Shown here: positions 9,463-19,569 of the stretch, piece after piece
Layout: each line of letters opens with the position of its first letter
Numbering within the stretch: position 1 is the first letter of the stretch
DNA from: a virus
Lineage: Duplodnaviria > Caudoviricetes
Strand: one strand, 5' to 3'
DNA length: 64,000 nt
Virus record (IMG/VR): IMGVR_UViG_3300046473_000190
Coordinates: 1-64,000 of that record
The notes under the pieces: generated by a model
Seen by the model: the letters and a program-made list of their open reading frames with translations, nothing else
Database searches by the model: none
What the model was told of the DNA's origin: nothing
Program-made: the position numbers and the translations under genes

Positions 9463-10749
9463 TTGGCAGCCAATGCAACAGCGATCTGGCGTGTTCGGCC
9501 GAGCGGGAGCGACAATAACGGCGGGGGCTATGATCCCGGCATTGCTAGCGCCGGCACGGACTTTTCGCAACAGGACGCCGCGCAGGTTACGCAATCCGCT
9601 GGCGTCGTATCGACGGCCACGACGACACTGACGGATACCGGTGCGTCATTTACCTCCGCGCTGATCGGCAACGGCATCCGGGTGGCGGGTACCGGAATTA
9701 CGACGACTTACACCTTTATTACCGCGGTGCCGAGCGGGACGACGTTGACGTTGCAGACCTCACCGGGCACGACGGGAACTTCGGTAACCTACAATATCGG
9801 CGGCGGGTGGGCGACTTTTTGGACGAACACGGCACCACTGGTTCCGGGAAATATCGTTTATATTCTGGGTTCCGGCACGCCGAACCCGGCCGCGTATACT
9901 TATGACTTCACGCTGCCGTCCGGCGGCATGCCGGCCGTCAATGGCAATACAACGGCAGGCAGGATTTATTTTGTCAACGACCCGGCTACCCCCGGCTACA
10001 AGGCACCGCCAGACACGACGGGCGGCATGCCAGTCATCAAGATTGCAAACGGCAACGGTTTTAGCGCCGGCGGCGCATCATTTTATTCCGTATTCGGACT
10101 ATATTTGGTTTCCTTGATTGCTGGCAGCGGTGTTTTCGCCAGCCAAACCAACATGACGCTGTTTGGAACGGTTATCGATTTTTTTGGCAATGATTCATGG
10201 GGTACGGTCAACTGTCCTTATCTTACCACGCTGGGCTGCGAATTCTTTTCGTCGCAGGGCGGCACCGGAACGCGGTCCGCCATTCGGACTTATATCGACG
10301 CGACGATCATAAATTGCAATTTTCACGATCTGCCTGGACACGGCGTGCATATGACCGGAAACGCCACGATTAACGGAAGTGTGCTTGCAAAAAACGTCCT
10401 CAACGGGCTCTTGATGGATCAATCGCAGGGGACGGGAAACAACGACGCACAAAACAACACCATCGACGGCAATGCAGGTCATGGCATCGAGATTGTCGAT
10501 CAGGGCAGTGTCGCCTATGCGGTCATTCTCAATAACATCATCAGTAATCAAGTCGGCGCCGGGAAATTCGGCCTGACGGCCGACGTCGGGACGGCCGCGG
10601 CCAATACGCAGGTTGCGAATTTCATCGACTATAATGTGTATTACAATAATACCGCGAACTACAATGCAATCAACGCTAGTCCGCACGACACCGCGCTCGG
10701 TGTTGACCCATACGTAGCCTCGTCTACAGAAAACTATACGTTGAAGTAA
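9463..10749 (+). CDS. right-handed beta-helix (pectin-lyase-like) spike/fibre protein
   Basis: C-terminal repeats NCNFHDLPGHGV, NNTIDGNAGHGIEI, NNIISN, DYNVYYNN; TTG start after AAGGAG. Confidence 0.7.
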   Translation: MAANATAIWRVRPSGSDNNGGGYDPGIASAGTDFSQQDAAQVTQSAGVVSTATTTLTDTGASFTSALIGNGIRVAGTGITTTYTFITAVPSGTTLTLQTSPGTTGTSVTYNIGGGWATFWTNTAPLVPGNIVYILGSGTPNPAAYTYDFTLPSGGMPAVNGNTTAGRIYFVNDPATPGYKAPPDTTGGMPVIKIANGNGFSAGGASFYSVFGLYLVSLIAGSGVFASQTNMTLFGTVIDFFGNDSWGTVNCPYLTTLGCEFFSSQGGTGTRSAIRTYIDATIINCNFHDLPGHGVHMTGNATINGSVLAKNVLNGLLMDQSQGTGNNDAQNNTIDGNAGHGIEIVDQGSVAYAVILNNIISNQVGAGKFGLTADVGTAAANTQVANFIDYNVYYNNTANYNAINASPHDTALGVDPYVASSTENYTLK

Positions 10750-11447
10750 TGCCCAGCGTTCTCTCATACGCCAACGCCTTCCCGATGGACAACGTGCTGG
10801 CGCGAAATTTCAATGGCACAAGTGAATTCGCCTCTGCGGGAGCCACGGGCTCGGGTGCGCAAACAGGATTGACTGTCGCTTGGTGGGTTTATTTGAATGC
10901 GCTTCCGGCATCCGCTTTCGCCGGATTGATTACACTTTCGAATCCAACTTGGCTGTTTTATGTAGAGAGCAACGGAACTATTGCTTTCCAGACTGGAACC
11001 GTTACCGCAATGAACCTTGTCACGTGCAATCCGTGGCCAAGTGCGTCAACGCTCGCGGTCGGCCAATGGTATCATATGGCGGTGACGGGTGACGGGGCGA
11101 CAGTGACGCTTTATATAAATGGTGCGGTGAACGGGACGCCGCAGACCGTTACGAGTGCTTCTGGCACGAATTTCGGGGCGGCAATGTTTGCCGACGACCT
11201 CACGTCTACTACTCGATATGTACCTTGCCAGTTGGTTGATATCGCCATTTGGGATGTTTGCCTAAGCGCCGGTCAAGTGCTTTTGCTTGCGCACGGAGCG
11301 CGTGCAGCATCAATTGCAACGGGCCTGAAGAATAACTGGGTGATGACTGGAGCCTCGCCGGAACCGGATTCGGTTGGCGGAGCCAACGCGACACTCACCG
11401 GAACATCAACTTTGAACGGCGGCCCCGCTACGTTGGGGTTGGTGTGA
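10749..11447 (+). CDS. LamG/concanavalin A-like lectin domain protein
   Basis: TVAWWVY..., GQWYHMAVTGDGATVTLYING, DIAIWDVCLSAGQV. Confidence 0.8.
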   Translation: MPSVLSYANAFPMDNVLARNFNGTSEFASAGATGSGAQTGLTVAWWVYLNALPASAFAGLITLSNPTWLFYVESNGTIAFQTGTVTAMNLVTCNPWPSASTLAVGQWYHMAVTGDGATVTLYINGAVNGTPQTVTSASGTNFGAAMFADDLTSTTRYVPCQLVDIAIWDVCLSAGQVLLLAHGARAASIATGLKNNWVMTGASPEPDSVGGANATLTGTSTLNGGPATLGLV

Positions 11448-11716
11448 TGGCCGGCGTTCCACTTCCTCAACATTTATCTGGGCAGAGCCTGGTCTACAAC
11501 TATCTCTTTCCTGGCGGATTGCAGCCCTTGGCGACTGGGCTTTCTGTACTGTCCTATACGAAAGCCTTTCCGAACATTACGTTACCGCAGCATTTGTCTG
11601 GGCAAACAGCCGTGGAAAGCTATCTCTATCCAGGCGCATTGCAGCCGTTACAAATTGCTGCGCTTGCTGGATATCCTGTAACGTGGACTATCACCATCAC
11701 CATAACAATGGATTAG
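11444..11716 (+). CDS. small protein with internal duplication
   Basis: LPQHLSGQSLVYNYLFPGGLQPL repeated as LPQHLSGQTAVESYLYPGALQPL. Confidence 0.6.
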   Translation: MMAGVPLPQHLSGQSLVYNYLFPGGLQPLATGLSVLSYTKAFPNITLPQHLSGQTAVESYLYPGALQPLQIAALAGYPVTWTITITITMD

Positions 11717-11720
11717 ACAT

Positions 11721-13508
11721 ATGACTGCACAATACATGATCGTTCCTGCTGCTGGTGCCGAGCCCGCTGATGAATGGGTAAAGCTTGGCGTCGAGGCGCA
11801 GATGGGCAACCGCCCTGCTGATGCCGCCCGTCACTACCTCAAGGCCCTCGGCATTGATCCATCGCACGTCATTGCGACGCTCAACCACGGCATTACCCTA
11901 GCTACCCAGGGCGACCTTAACCAGGGAATGCTGACGCTGGAACGCGCCATGCTGTTCGATGATAAATCGGCCGCCGTGCGAATGAATTATGCTATGATGT
12001 GCCTTAACGCAGGCCGCATCGACGAGGCCATGAAATATGGCGAACTCGCCATCGAGATGGGGAAAACCGACGAAGGGAACCTTGGCAAGACGGCTCCCAA
12101 ACTGGTGATGGCGCTGATCCTGGGGGCTGCGGGTCATTCGGACAGAGCGGTTCCGCTGTATAATGAAATTCTCGATGACGAACCGGATCACCTTCAGGCC
12201 GGAATGAATTCCTGTTTTGCGCAAACTTTGACGTTTGCCACACCGGAAGATTTGTTGCGGCAGCGCAAGCGGTTTTATGACTCCGTCAAGTTCAAGGGTA
12301 CCGTCCGCCGGGTTCGCCACGACGAGGCATGGCCTCGTCCCTTGCGTGTTGGATATGTCGGGGGCGATTTCAAGCAGCATTCAGCCGCGATGATCTTCGG
12401 TAACGTATTGCTTAATCACGACAAAACGAGAGTCCTGCCGTATTTCTATTCGTCATTAGCGGTAAACCCGGATGCCGATCCGTGGTCGAAAGAGTTCAAG
12501 GCGGCGGCGGAAGACCGCTGGCGCGATATCGAAGGCAAGAGCGATGACGATACCGCTGACATGATCCGCGACGACAAGATCGATATTCTGGTTGACATCG
12601 CCGCCCATACCAGTGGCGGACGATTACCGATATTCGTGCGGAAACCGGCCCCTATCCAGGTCACGGCGTGGGGCTTTGCCCACGGGACGGGCGTGCCGGA
12701 AATCGACTACTTCTTTGCCGATGAGGTGTCCGTGCCGCAGGAGGAACGGCAGTGGTTTGCGGAAAAAATCTGGGATCTGCCGTGCCTGGTAACGTTCCGG
12801 AAGCCGAAATACGTGTTTAAGGAAAATTCGCTACTGCCGTATGCGGGTAATGGCTACATCACTTTCGGGTCATCGGCGCGTTACGAAAAGCTGTCCGAGG
12901 CGTGCCTGCGGTGTTTTGCCAAGATCCTGCATAGAGTGCCGGATTCTGTCTTGCGGCTGAAGGATAGCGCCTATGGCAGGCCCTATTCGATTCGTCGGGT
13001 TCTCGACATCATGAAGGGGTTCGACATTGGGCGGGAAAGAATTCAGTTCATCATCGGCTCGAGCCATGAGGAGCACTTGCAGGGTTATCGCAACAGCGAC
13101 TTGCAGCTAGACCCGTTCCCTCACGGCGGCGGCATTGTCAGCCTGGAGCAGCTTTACATGGGGCTGCCGATTATTACGCTCTATGGAACCCAATGCTCTG
13201 GCCGGAATACCGCAAGCGTGCTGACATGCATGGGGCGAGGCGACTGGATTGCCCGCTCGGAGGACGAATACGTCGAAAAGGCCGTCGCATTGGCTAACGA
13301 CATCGAAATGCTCCGATCCGCCAGAAAGACGCTGCGGAGCGAATTGATGGATTCGCCGGTGGTGAAAGACTATTGCAAGGTCGTCGAGCGGGCCTACCAG
13401 GCCATGTGGTGCAAGTATTGCGGCTATAATGTTCCGGCCGAGGATGCTAGTATGGCCGAGGAGCACACCGTCGTAAGGCTTAAGACGAAGAAGGAGATGG
13501 CGGGATGA
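11721..13508 (+). CDS. TPR-containing GT41 glycosyltransferase (OGT/SPINDLY-like)
   Basis: N-terminal TPR-like helices; LRVGYVGGDFKQHS, IDILVDIAAHTSGGRLPIFVRKPAPIQV, FGSSARYEKL, LDPFPHGGGIVSLEQLYMGLPIITL match GT41 motifs, including the conserved His and Lys. Confidence 0.9.
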   Translation: MTAQYMIVPAAGAEPADEWVKLGVEAQMGNRPADAARHYLKALGIDPSHVIATLNHGITLATQGDLNQGMLTLERAMLFDDKSAAVRMNYAMMCLNAGRIDEAMKYGELAIEMGKTDEGNLGKTAPKLVMALILGAAGHSDRAVPLYNEILDDEPDHLQAGMNSCFAQTLTFATPEDLLRQRKRFYDSVKFKGTVRRVRHDEAWPRPLRVGYVGGDFKQHSAAMIFGNVLLNHDKTRVLPYFYSSLAVNPDADPWSKEFKAAAEDRWRDIEGKSDDDTADMIRDDKIDILVDIAAHTSGGRLPIFVRKPAPIQVTAWGFAHGTGVPEIDYFFADEVSVPQEERQWFAEKIWDLPCLVTFRKPKYVFKENSLLPYAGNGYITFGSSARYEKLSEACLRCFAKILHRVPDSVLRLKDSAYGRPYSIRRVLDIMKGFDIGRERIQFIIGSSHEEHLQGYRNSDLQLDPFPHGGGIVSLEQLYMGLPIITLYGTQCSGRNTASVLTCMGRGDWIARSEDEYVEKAVALANDIEMLRSARKTLRSELMDSPVVKDYCKVVERAYQAMWCKYCGYNVPAEDASMAEEHTVVRLKTKKEMAG

Positions 13509-13825
13509 AACCTTGGCTGATTCTGGCGGGGGGTATCATTCTGGGCCTTTTGGCCCACAATGCTATGCCCGTCTTTGTCGATTATGTGTTTGCGGCCGAT
13601 GCGTCTGGCAGCAATACCCGGCCATTTGGGTCGTTTCCCGCTTTGACATTCGCCACCTTGCCGCCCGCGGTAACCGGGACGATGGCTTATATCAGTGACG
13701 GGGCGGCTGGAAACTGTGGCGACGGCACCTGCACGACGTTCGGCACCACTGTCACCGGCGGCGGAGGTTCGGTTAAAATACTGGCATGGTGGAATGGTAG
13801 CAACTGGACGCTGGTCGGTAAATGA
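13505..13825 (+). CDS. small hypothetical protein with N-terminal hydrophobic segment
   Basis: ATGA overlap; hydrophobic N-terminus; C-terminal WWNGSNW. Confidence 0.55.
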   Translation: MKPWLILAGGIILGLLAHNAMPVFVDYVFAADASGSNTRPFGSFPALTFATLPPAVTGTMAYISDGAAGNCGDGTCTTFGTTVTGGGGSVKILAWWNGSNWTLVGK

Positions 13826-14517
13826 CATCGAGTGGCACATTTAACTTTGTCCCATCGAACGGCGAACTTGTCCTCGCCGCATTCGAGCGCATTCAGGTGC
13901 GTGCGCCGGAGATACGGCAGGAACATATGTTTTCCGCCCGCCGTGAGTTGAACTTCATGTTCGCGCAATGGTCGAACAAGCAACCCAACCTTTGGGAAGT
14001 TCTTCGTACCCAAACCGTGCTGACGGCTGGGACCGCTACCTATGCGATCTCGCCGCAAACGGTCATGATCCTTGACGCCTCGATTGTGCTTAATATCGGC
14101 ACGCCATCGGAATCCCGTCGCTACATCACTCCGATCTCCCGCACTGAATACCTGAGTTACGCCAATCAGCAGACGCCGGGACCGCCGACTGTGTATTGGT
14201 TTGATCGCCTGATTTCGCCCACCATCACGTTTTATCCGGTGCCCGACAATGCTGGACCGTATACCTTCGACTACTTCACCTGTCTCCAGATGCAAGACGC
14301 CAACATGGCGGGCGGAGAGACGCCTAATGTTCCTTATCGTTGGTTCGATGCTATTGTCGCTGGCATGGCGCACCGTCTCGCGCGGATTTACGCGCCGCCG
14401 CTCGAGCAGATAAGGAAAGCGGACGCAGACGAGGCTTGGACGGTAGCGGCGACGCAGGATGTGGAATCGGTTCCTTTGGTATTAGCGCCCGGCTTGTCGG
14501 CCTATTACCGGAGATAG
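13822..14517 (+). CDS. head-tail adaptor/completion protein (podovirus gp4/tube A-like)
   Basis: 231 aa; AAFERIQV, WSNKQPNLWEV, ISRTEYLSYANQQTPGPPTVYWFDR; position. Confidence 0.6.
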   Translation: MTSSGTFNFVPSNGELVLAAFERIQVRAPEIRQEHMFSARRELNFMFAQWSNKQPNLWEVLRTQTVLTAGTATYAISPQTVMILDASIVLNIGTPSESRRYITPISRTEYLSYANQQTPGPPTVYWFDRLISPTITFYPVPDNAGPYTFDYFTCLQMQDANMAGGETPNVPYRWFDAIVAGMAHRLARIYAPPLEQIRKADADEAWTVAATQDVESVPLVLAPGLSAYYRR

Positions 14518-14520
14518 GGC

Positions 14521-15021
14521 ATGAGGCCGCATCCACGACGTGCCAGAACCGATGCCCGCAGTCCGCGGGCGTGGGGCACGTCTGACCGCAATGGTATGAT
14601 CGGCAACCAGGAAAACCTTGTCTGGCAATACGAGTGGGCCGGAACCCAACTTGTCAACAAGCGCGTTCTCGTTCATCCGGATGAATACGACACGCCTAAC
14701 CGCCAGCTTGGCACTATCATCCTGCCGCCCGATCCGGTGTCCATCCTCAATGCTCGGCCGGAACCGTATTACGTCGAAGAACAGACTATGCGTCTGACCC
14801 AGAGCGGTCAGGTGCGCATCCAGATGGATGGCCAAATCCGCCTTGAGAGCAACTTGCAGAATACACCGGCCGGGGTTCCGTTGGTGTTCGTTCCAGTGGA
14901 TCATTCAGGATTTGTGCCGCCCCCGCCCCCGCCACCCCCGCCGTCCATACCCGGGGAAGCGTTCCAGTCGCAGAACTACGGCAATCCGCCACAGTTTACC
15001 ATCTTCGGATTCAGGGGCTGA
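14521..15021 (+). CDS. conserved phage hypothetical protein with poly-Pro tail
   Basis: WQYEWAG...PPDPVSILNARPE motif; follows the adaptor gene. Confidence 0.6.
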   Translation: MRPHPRRARTDARSPRAWGTSDRNGMIGNQENLVWQYEWAGTQLVNKRVLVHPDEYDTPNRQLGTIILPPDPVSILNARPEPYYVEEQTMRLTQSGQVRIQMDGQIRLESNLQNTPAGVPLVFVPVDHSGFVPPPPPPPPPSIPGEAFQSQNYGNPPQFTIFGFRG

Positions 15022-15024
15022 CAA

Positions 15025-16872
15025 ATGCCAGGCTTCCGATGTTTCGGGGCGACTGGACAGGCACCGACAACGACATTTTTCGGGCCAGTGGCCGATCGCC
15101 TGACGATGGCAATGCCGTATCACCCAGATTTTACTAATGGGGTGGTAATCCAAGCCTATTCGGCGATGGATTACGTTAACAAGTGGCCGATTTTCAACAC
15201 CGACCAGATTAACACTGGCCTTGGCCCAGGGCCAAATCAGGACACGGTCAGTCTCGGTGGTTTCACCGTTGCGCCGGATGGCACCAATACCATGCAGAAG
15301 ATTGTCGAGTCTGCATCGGGTCCATCCCTGCACGGCCTGACGTCTGGGTGGAATTCGCAGATGTTCACCGGCGTTTATAAGCTTCGTAACGCCGTTATTG
15401 TCAAGGCAGCGGAGCGGACTCGTATCTGTCTAGGATTCAACTGCGCCACTTTCCAAAGTTTAGGCATCGGAACTGGCGTCAAGGCGGTCTTCGATCTTGC
15501 GGGCGGGCAGGTCGGAGTTGCACCGTTTGCGTTTGGCAATTTGAGTACCGACTCCGAAAAGACTTGGAATACCTCCGCGGCCAATTCCGTGGCTACGATA
15601 GCTCCGCTTGATGGTGGCGTTTATATCTGCATGCTCGACACGCCGATGGGCATCCAGCAGGGCGCACCCGGCGGCTTCATGTTTTCCACGTTTTACCTGG
15701 ACAGCGGTTCTGGCACGGCGGCGGAAAGTACGAACTACACCGGCGATGGTGCGTCCGGTGTTTATGCCTGGAAAAGCTGCCTGTTGCCGCCGGCGGCCTT
15801 TCGGCTCGGCAATCGAACTTTCTTTGACGACTTTACCGATCCGACGATGAGTAATATAGATCTCACCGACAGCCGGGCGCCCGGCTTCGATTGGTACATT
15901 CATGCCGTCTGGCCCTGTGATGGATTCAACTTGGCGACACCGACTCCGGCCGGTTGTTTCTCGCAAACCGGTTCGCTTCTAAAGATCACCAATCAACCAA
16001 CCGACGCCATCGGCATGATGGGCGCCTGCAACAAGGGCACTGATCCGGGCAATATCGGCGGTGTTGTCTGGCAGCGTCCATCGCCGGGACCGAATGTTGC
16101 AAACGCTTATACGGGAACGCGGGTGTTTCATCCTCCGATGCTCGTCGAGTCACGTCATGCCTGGAACTTCAACACGAACGCGACCGATCGCAACCATGTG
16201 TCATGGTGGACAACGTCCATTGAGCGTCTGTACAACCCGGCTGCCTACACTCCGGGAGGACAAAATTTCTCCGTCGAGAACGATTGGGCGGAATTTCAGC
16301 CGATCGGGCTCGGCACGCTGCCATCGCATTCGAACTTCGATGCAGGCACCACGACCGGCCTGAACGAATATATCCAGCAAGTCTTGGGCGGTTATGCTAT
16401 TTGGTATAGCGATTATGCATATGGAACGAACGCGATAGTTGCGTACCTCGGCGTGCTTTACCAGGCCCAGCAAAACAGCACAAACCAAGTTCCGTTGTCC
16501 AACCCCACATTCTGGCTGGCGTTTACCCCTCCGGGGAGTTCTGTTGTGCCTCTGACGCCGCCGGTATGTGATCCGACGCAGTTGAATACCTACGGAGTTC
16601 TTTGGGTGCCGTCTTCGGACGACGACCTTGGTCAGATGATCAATTTCTTTAACGGTGTCTGCACAGGCACTCTGACGGGGTTTTCAAATCTTTTCTGTCA
16701 CATTGCCTGGGGATGGAATGCCGGTCTGAACGACAACATCCCCCCTGGTTTTGCTCCGGCAAAGGGTATCACTGGACTTACCGCGGGCGATAGCCAAACG
16801 TATGCAATCCAGTACGATGGCGGGCCAACCGCAACCTACTCCATCGACTGGGTGTCGGTTACGCAGGATTAA
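15025..16872 (+). CDS. putative spike protein with GH16-like domain and CBM5/12-like insert
   Basis: APDGTNT motif; FFDDFTD; ENDWAE fits the ExDxxE motif; YGTNAIVAYLGVLYQAQQNSTNQVPLSNPTFW resembles a chitin-binding module. Confidence 0.55.
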   Translation: MPGFRCFGATGQAPTTTFFGPVADRLTMAMPYHPDFTNGVVIQAYSAMDYVNKWPIFNTDQINTGLGPGPNQDTVSLGGFTVAPDGTNTMQKIVESASGPSLHGLTSGWNSQMFTGVYKLRNAVIVKAAERTRICLGFNCATFQSLGIGTGVKAVFDLAGGQVGVAPFAFGNLSTDSEKTWNTSAANSVATIAPLDGGVYICMLDTPMGIQQGAPGGFMFSTFYLDSGSGTAAESTNYTGDGASGVYAWKSCLLPPAAFRLGNRTFFDDFTDPTMSNIDLTDSRAPGFDWYIHAVWPCDGFNLATPTPAGCFSQTGSLLKITNQPTDAIGMMGACNKGTDPGNIGGVVWQRPSPGPNVANAYTGTRVFHPPMLVESRHAWNFNTNATDRNHVSWWTTSIERLYNPAAYTPGGQNFSVENDWAEFQPIGLGTLPSHSNFDAGTTTGLNEYIQQVLGGYAIWYSDYAYGTNAIVAYLGVLYQAQQNSTNQVPLSNPTFWLAFTPPGSSVVPLTPPVCDPTQLNTYGVLWVPSSDDDLGQMINFFNGVCTGTLTGFSNLFCHIAWGWNAGLNDNIPPGFAPAKGITGLTAGDSQTYAIQYDGGPTATYSIDWVSVTQD

Positions 16873-16877
16873 CGCAG

Positions 16878-17474
16878 ATGAACCTCAAGCAATCAACGGC
16901 CTATACCCGCCTGTTCAATATGATCGCATCATCGGATCATCATTCGCCATTGACGGGGGCGGCGCCGGTCGTGAACCTTTCCAAGAGCGGAGTGGCATTT
17001 GCCGGCGCTGCCGGTGTGGTTAGCGAGGTTGGGGATGGCGTCTACAAGATCGTATTGACGGGGGTGGACACCAATACGGCTGGCGACTTGGCTTATTTCA
17101 TCACTGCGGCGAGCGGCGACGACAATACGTTCGTTGATCAGGTAACCCCGACTGTCTTCAACGACTTGAATATCGATGCCAGCGGCAACGTGTCGATCGC
17201 GTCCAGCATCAAGAAAAATGCGGCTCTGAATGGCTATATGTTCCTTATGACGAATTCGACGACGCACGTAGCGCAAACCGGATTGACGGTAACCGCGCAG
17301 CGCAGCCTTTCCGGTGCCGGTTTTGCGCCCTGCGCCAATGCCGTTACTGAACTCTCTCACGGGATTTACGCCATCAACCTAGCGGCGACGGACACCAACG
17401 CCAACTCGATCATGTATCGATTTACCGCGACTAACGCGGACGACTTGAATATACTAATGTTGACGCAGCCTTAA
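16878..17474 (+). CDS. putative structural protein with two internal repeats
   Basis: two similar halves (SEVGDGVYKIVLTGVDTN / TELSHGIYAINLAATDTN). Confidence 0.55.
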   Translation: MNLKQSTAYTRLFNMIASSDHHSPLTGAAPVVNLSKSGVAFAGAAGVVSEVGDGVYKIVLTGVDTNTAGDLAYFITAASGDDNTFVDQVTPTVFNDLNIDASGNVSIASSIKKNAALNGYMFLMTNSTTHVAQTGLTVTAQRSLSGAGFAPCANAVTELSHGIYAINLAATDTNANSIMYRFTATNADDLNILMLTQP

Positions 17475-17485
17475 TGGAACCTTAG

Positions 17486-18844
17486 ATGCCCGCCGCTCCC
17501 GGCACCATACCGGCACTGCCGCGATACCAGCCCGATGCCCTGCCGTTGGCTGGGACGGAGGTGTTGGAAATTGCTTCCAATTACACCGCTTACACGGCCG
17601 CGGTCAGCGGTGCCATGCCCCTGCAGGACGTGGTAGGCAAAACGCCGTCCATCATGTCAACCGCGGTTCCGGTTGCCGGCGACATGGTGGCCTTCTATCA
17701 ACTGTCGAGCGGCCTGCCGAGGGCCTGCTCGGTTGCCAACCTTGGCGTTCCAGCCGGGAACATTCCGTCTGGTGGCTCGACCCATCAAGTCTTGGCCAAG
17801 AATAGCGCGACGAACTTCGATACGGGTTGGTACAGCACCATCAGCCTCCTGGCGACGGCGTTCCAGACCACGACCTTGACGCAGAATGGTATTCTATACG
17901 GCAATGGCACGTCTTTGCTGGGAATAACCCCACAGGGAACATCGGGTTATTTCCTGGGCGGCAATGGCGCGGCGGCGCCGACATTCCAACAGGTCAACTT
18001 GACCACGGGCGCTACCGGCGTGCTGACGCAGACTTTTGGCGGCTTGGGCACGGCGTCCTTGGCCTCGCATGCGGTGATTCTCGGCAGCACGGGGGCGGCG
18101 GTGGCCGCAGCGGCACCAGGCAATGTCGGCCTCGCGCTGATTTCCAACGGCTCAACCAGCGATCCATCGTTTCAGGCGGTTCCGCTGACAACCGGGGTTT
18201 CCGGTGTGCTTCCGGTCGCCAACGGTGGCATCGGCACGTCTGTGCTAGCCTCACACGGGATTGTTCTCGGCAGCACAGGGGCCTATGCGGTCGTGCCGTC
18301 GACGACGGCCAACCTGTTTCTTGTCAGTGGCGGACCTACAGCCGACCCGATTTATACCACGGGCGGCTTTGGGCCAGCCGCCACGGCTGCGCTGGGCAAC
18401 ATTCCAGGCGCGACGGCCAGCACGCCGGCCGCAGCTGGCAGCATTGGCGAATATACGACGGCCAATTTAACGTCCGGCGGGGCATTGAGCCTTTCGACCG
18501 CGTCAGTGGCGACGACGCTCATCAGCCTTGCGCTTGGTTCCGGCGACTGGAATGTGTTCGGTTCGGTGACGTATTTTGCCACCAATACCACAACCAACGC
18601 CAAGATACTCGCTGCGGCCGTAAATAACCTGTCCAATGCCCTGCCGAACTTCACCTCGGGTGCCATCCATCAATTGGGTCTTGGCAGCGCGGGCTTGACC
18701 GCCATCCAAACAACCATTCTGCCCATCGGACCCGTGCAGTTCATTTCCAGCGCGGTACAAACGGCCTACCTTATTGCTGCGGTGAACTTCACTAACGCCA
18801 CCATGGGCGGCTTCGGCGTTATTGCGGCAAGGCGGGCACGCTGA
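17486..18844 (+). CDS. tail fibre-like protein
   Basis: G/T/A/S-rich with GVLPVANGGIG and GVLTQTFGGLG fibre repeats. Confidence 0.65.
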   Translation: MPAAPGTIPALPRYQPDALPLAGTEVLEIASNYTAYTAAVSGAMPLQDVVGKTPSIMSTAVPVAGDMVAFYQLSSGLPRACSVANLGVPAGNIPSGGSTHQVLAKNSATNFDTGWYSTISLLATAFQTTTLTQNGILYGNGTSLLGITPQGTSGYFLGGNGAAAPTFQQVNLTTGATGVLTQTFGGLGTASLASHAVILGSTGAAVAAAAPGNVGLALISNGSTSDPSFQAVPLTTGVSGVLPVANGGIGTSVLASHGIVLGSTGAYAVVPSTTANLFLVSGGPTADPIYTTGGFGPAATAALGNIPGATASTPAAAGSIGEYTTANLTSGGALSLSTASVATTLISLALGSGDWNVFGSVTYFATNTTTNAKILAAAVNNLSNALPNFTSGAIHQLGLGSAGLTAIQTTILPIGPVQFISSAVQTAYLIAAVNFTNATMGGFGVIAARRAR

Positions 18845-19566
18845 TGGCGTATGATTACACGGGATATATCACTTCGCTTGGCGGCCTCATGGTTGTCGCC
18901 ACGACGGACGTCAATTTCGCGCAGATCGTGCCGAATATCATTGATGACGCCGAACAGCGAATCTACCGTGAACTTGACTTGCTCAATACCGTGGTGCGGG
19001 ACTCGTCATCCGGATTTGCGCCGGGAACGCGCACGTTCAACCTTCCGGCCACGCTCGGCACATTCTACGTTGTCGATAGCCTCTATGCCATTACGCCTGC
19101 GTTGCAGACTACGCCGGACGCGGGCACGCGAAATATGCTGTTGCCGGTCAGCCGGTCGTACCTGGATGCCGCATTTCCCAGCATCAATGGGTCCGGCATG
19201 CCGACCTACTTCGCCATGACGACGCAAACCTCGCTCATTGTTGGCCCGTGGCCAGACGCGCTCTATCAGGCGGAAGTCGTTGGAACCATCCATCCAGCGT
19301 CGTTATCGCCGACGAATACGACCACCATCCTGACCCAGTATCTGCCCGACCTGTTCTTGGCTGCCTCGATGGTGTTTGGCGCGGCTTATTTGCAGAATTA
19401 CGGTGCCGCCCAAGCCGTGGACAACCCTGGCATGGGCATTACGTGGGAATCTCACTATCAGGCGCTGAAGCAATCCGCTGCGGTTGAGGAGGCTCGAAAA
19501 AAGTTCAACGCCGAGGGGTGGTCATCAAAGCAGCCATCACAGATTGCCACGCCCCCAAGGACATAA
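18844..19566 (+). CDS. putative tail tube/adaptor protein
   Basis: 240 aa; IIDDAEQRIYRELDL, GMPTYFA, YLPDLFLAAS; located before tail collar and gp10-like genes. Confidence 0.55.
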   Translation: MAYDYTGYITSLGGLMVVATTDVNFAQIVPNIIDDAEQRIYRELDLLNTVVRDSSSGFAPGTRTFNLPATLGTFYVVDSLYAITPALQTTPDAGTRNMLLPVSRSYLDAAFPSINGSGMPTYFAMTTQTSLIVGPWPDALYQAEVVGTIHPASLSPTNTTTILTQYLPDLFLAASMVFGAAYLQNYGAAQAVDNPGMGITWESHYQALKQSAAVEEARKKFNAEGWSSKQPSQIATPPRT

Positions 19567-19569
19567 GCC

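Noticed and set aside
14915-14945. CCG-rich microsatellite (also 58195-58370)
   Set aside because: It simply encodes poly-Pro linkers.
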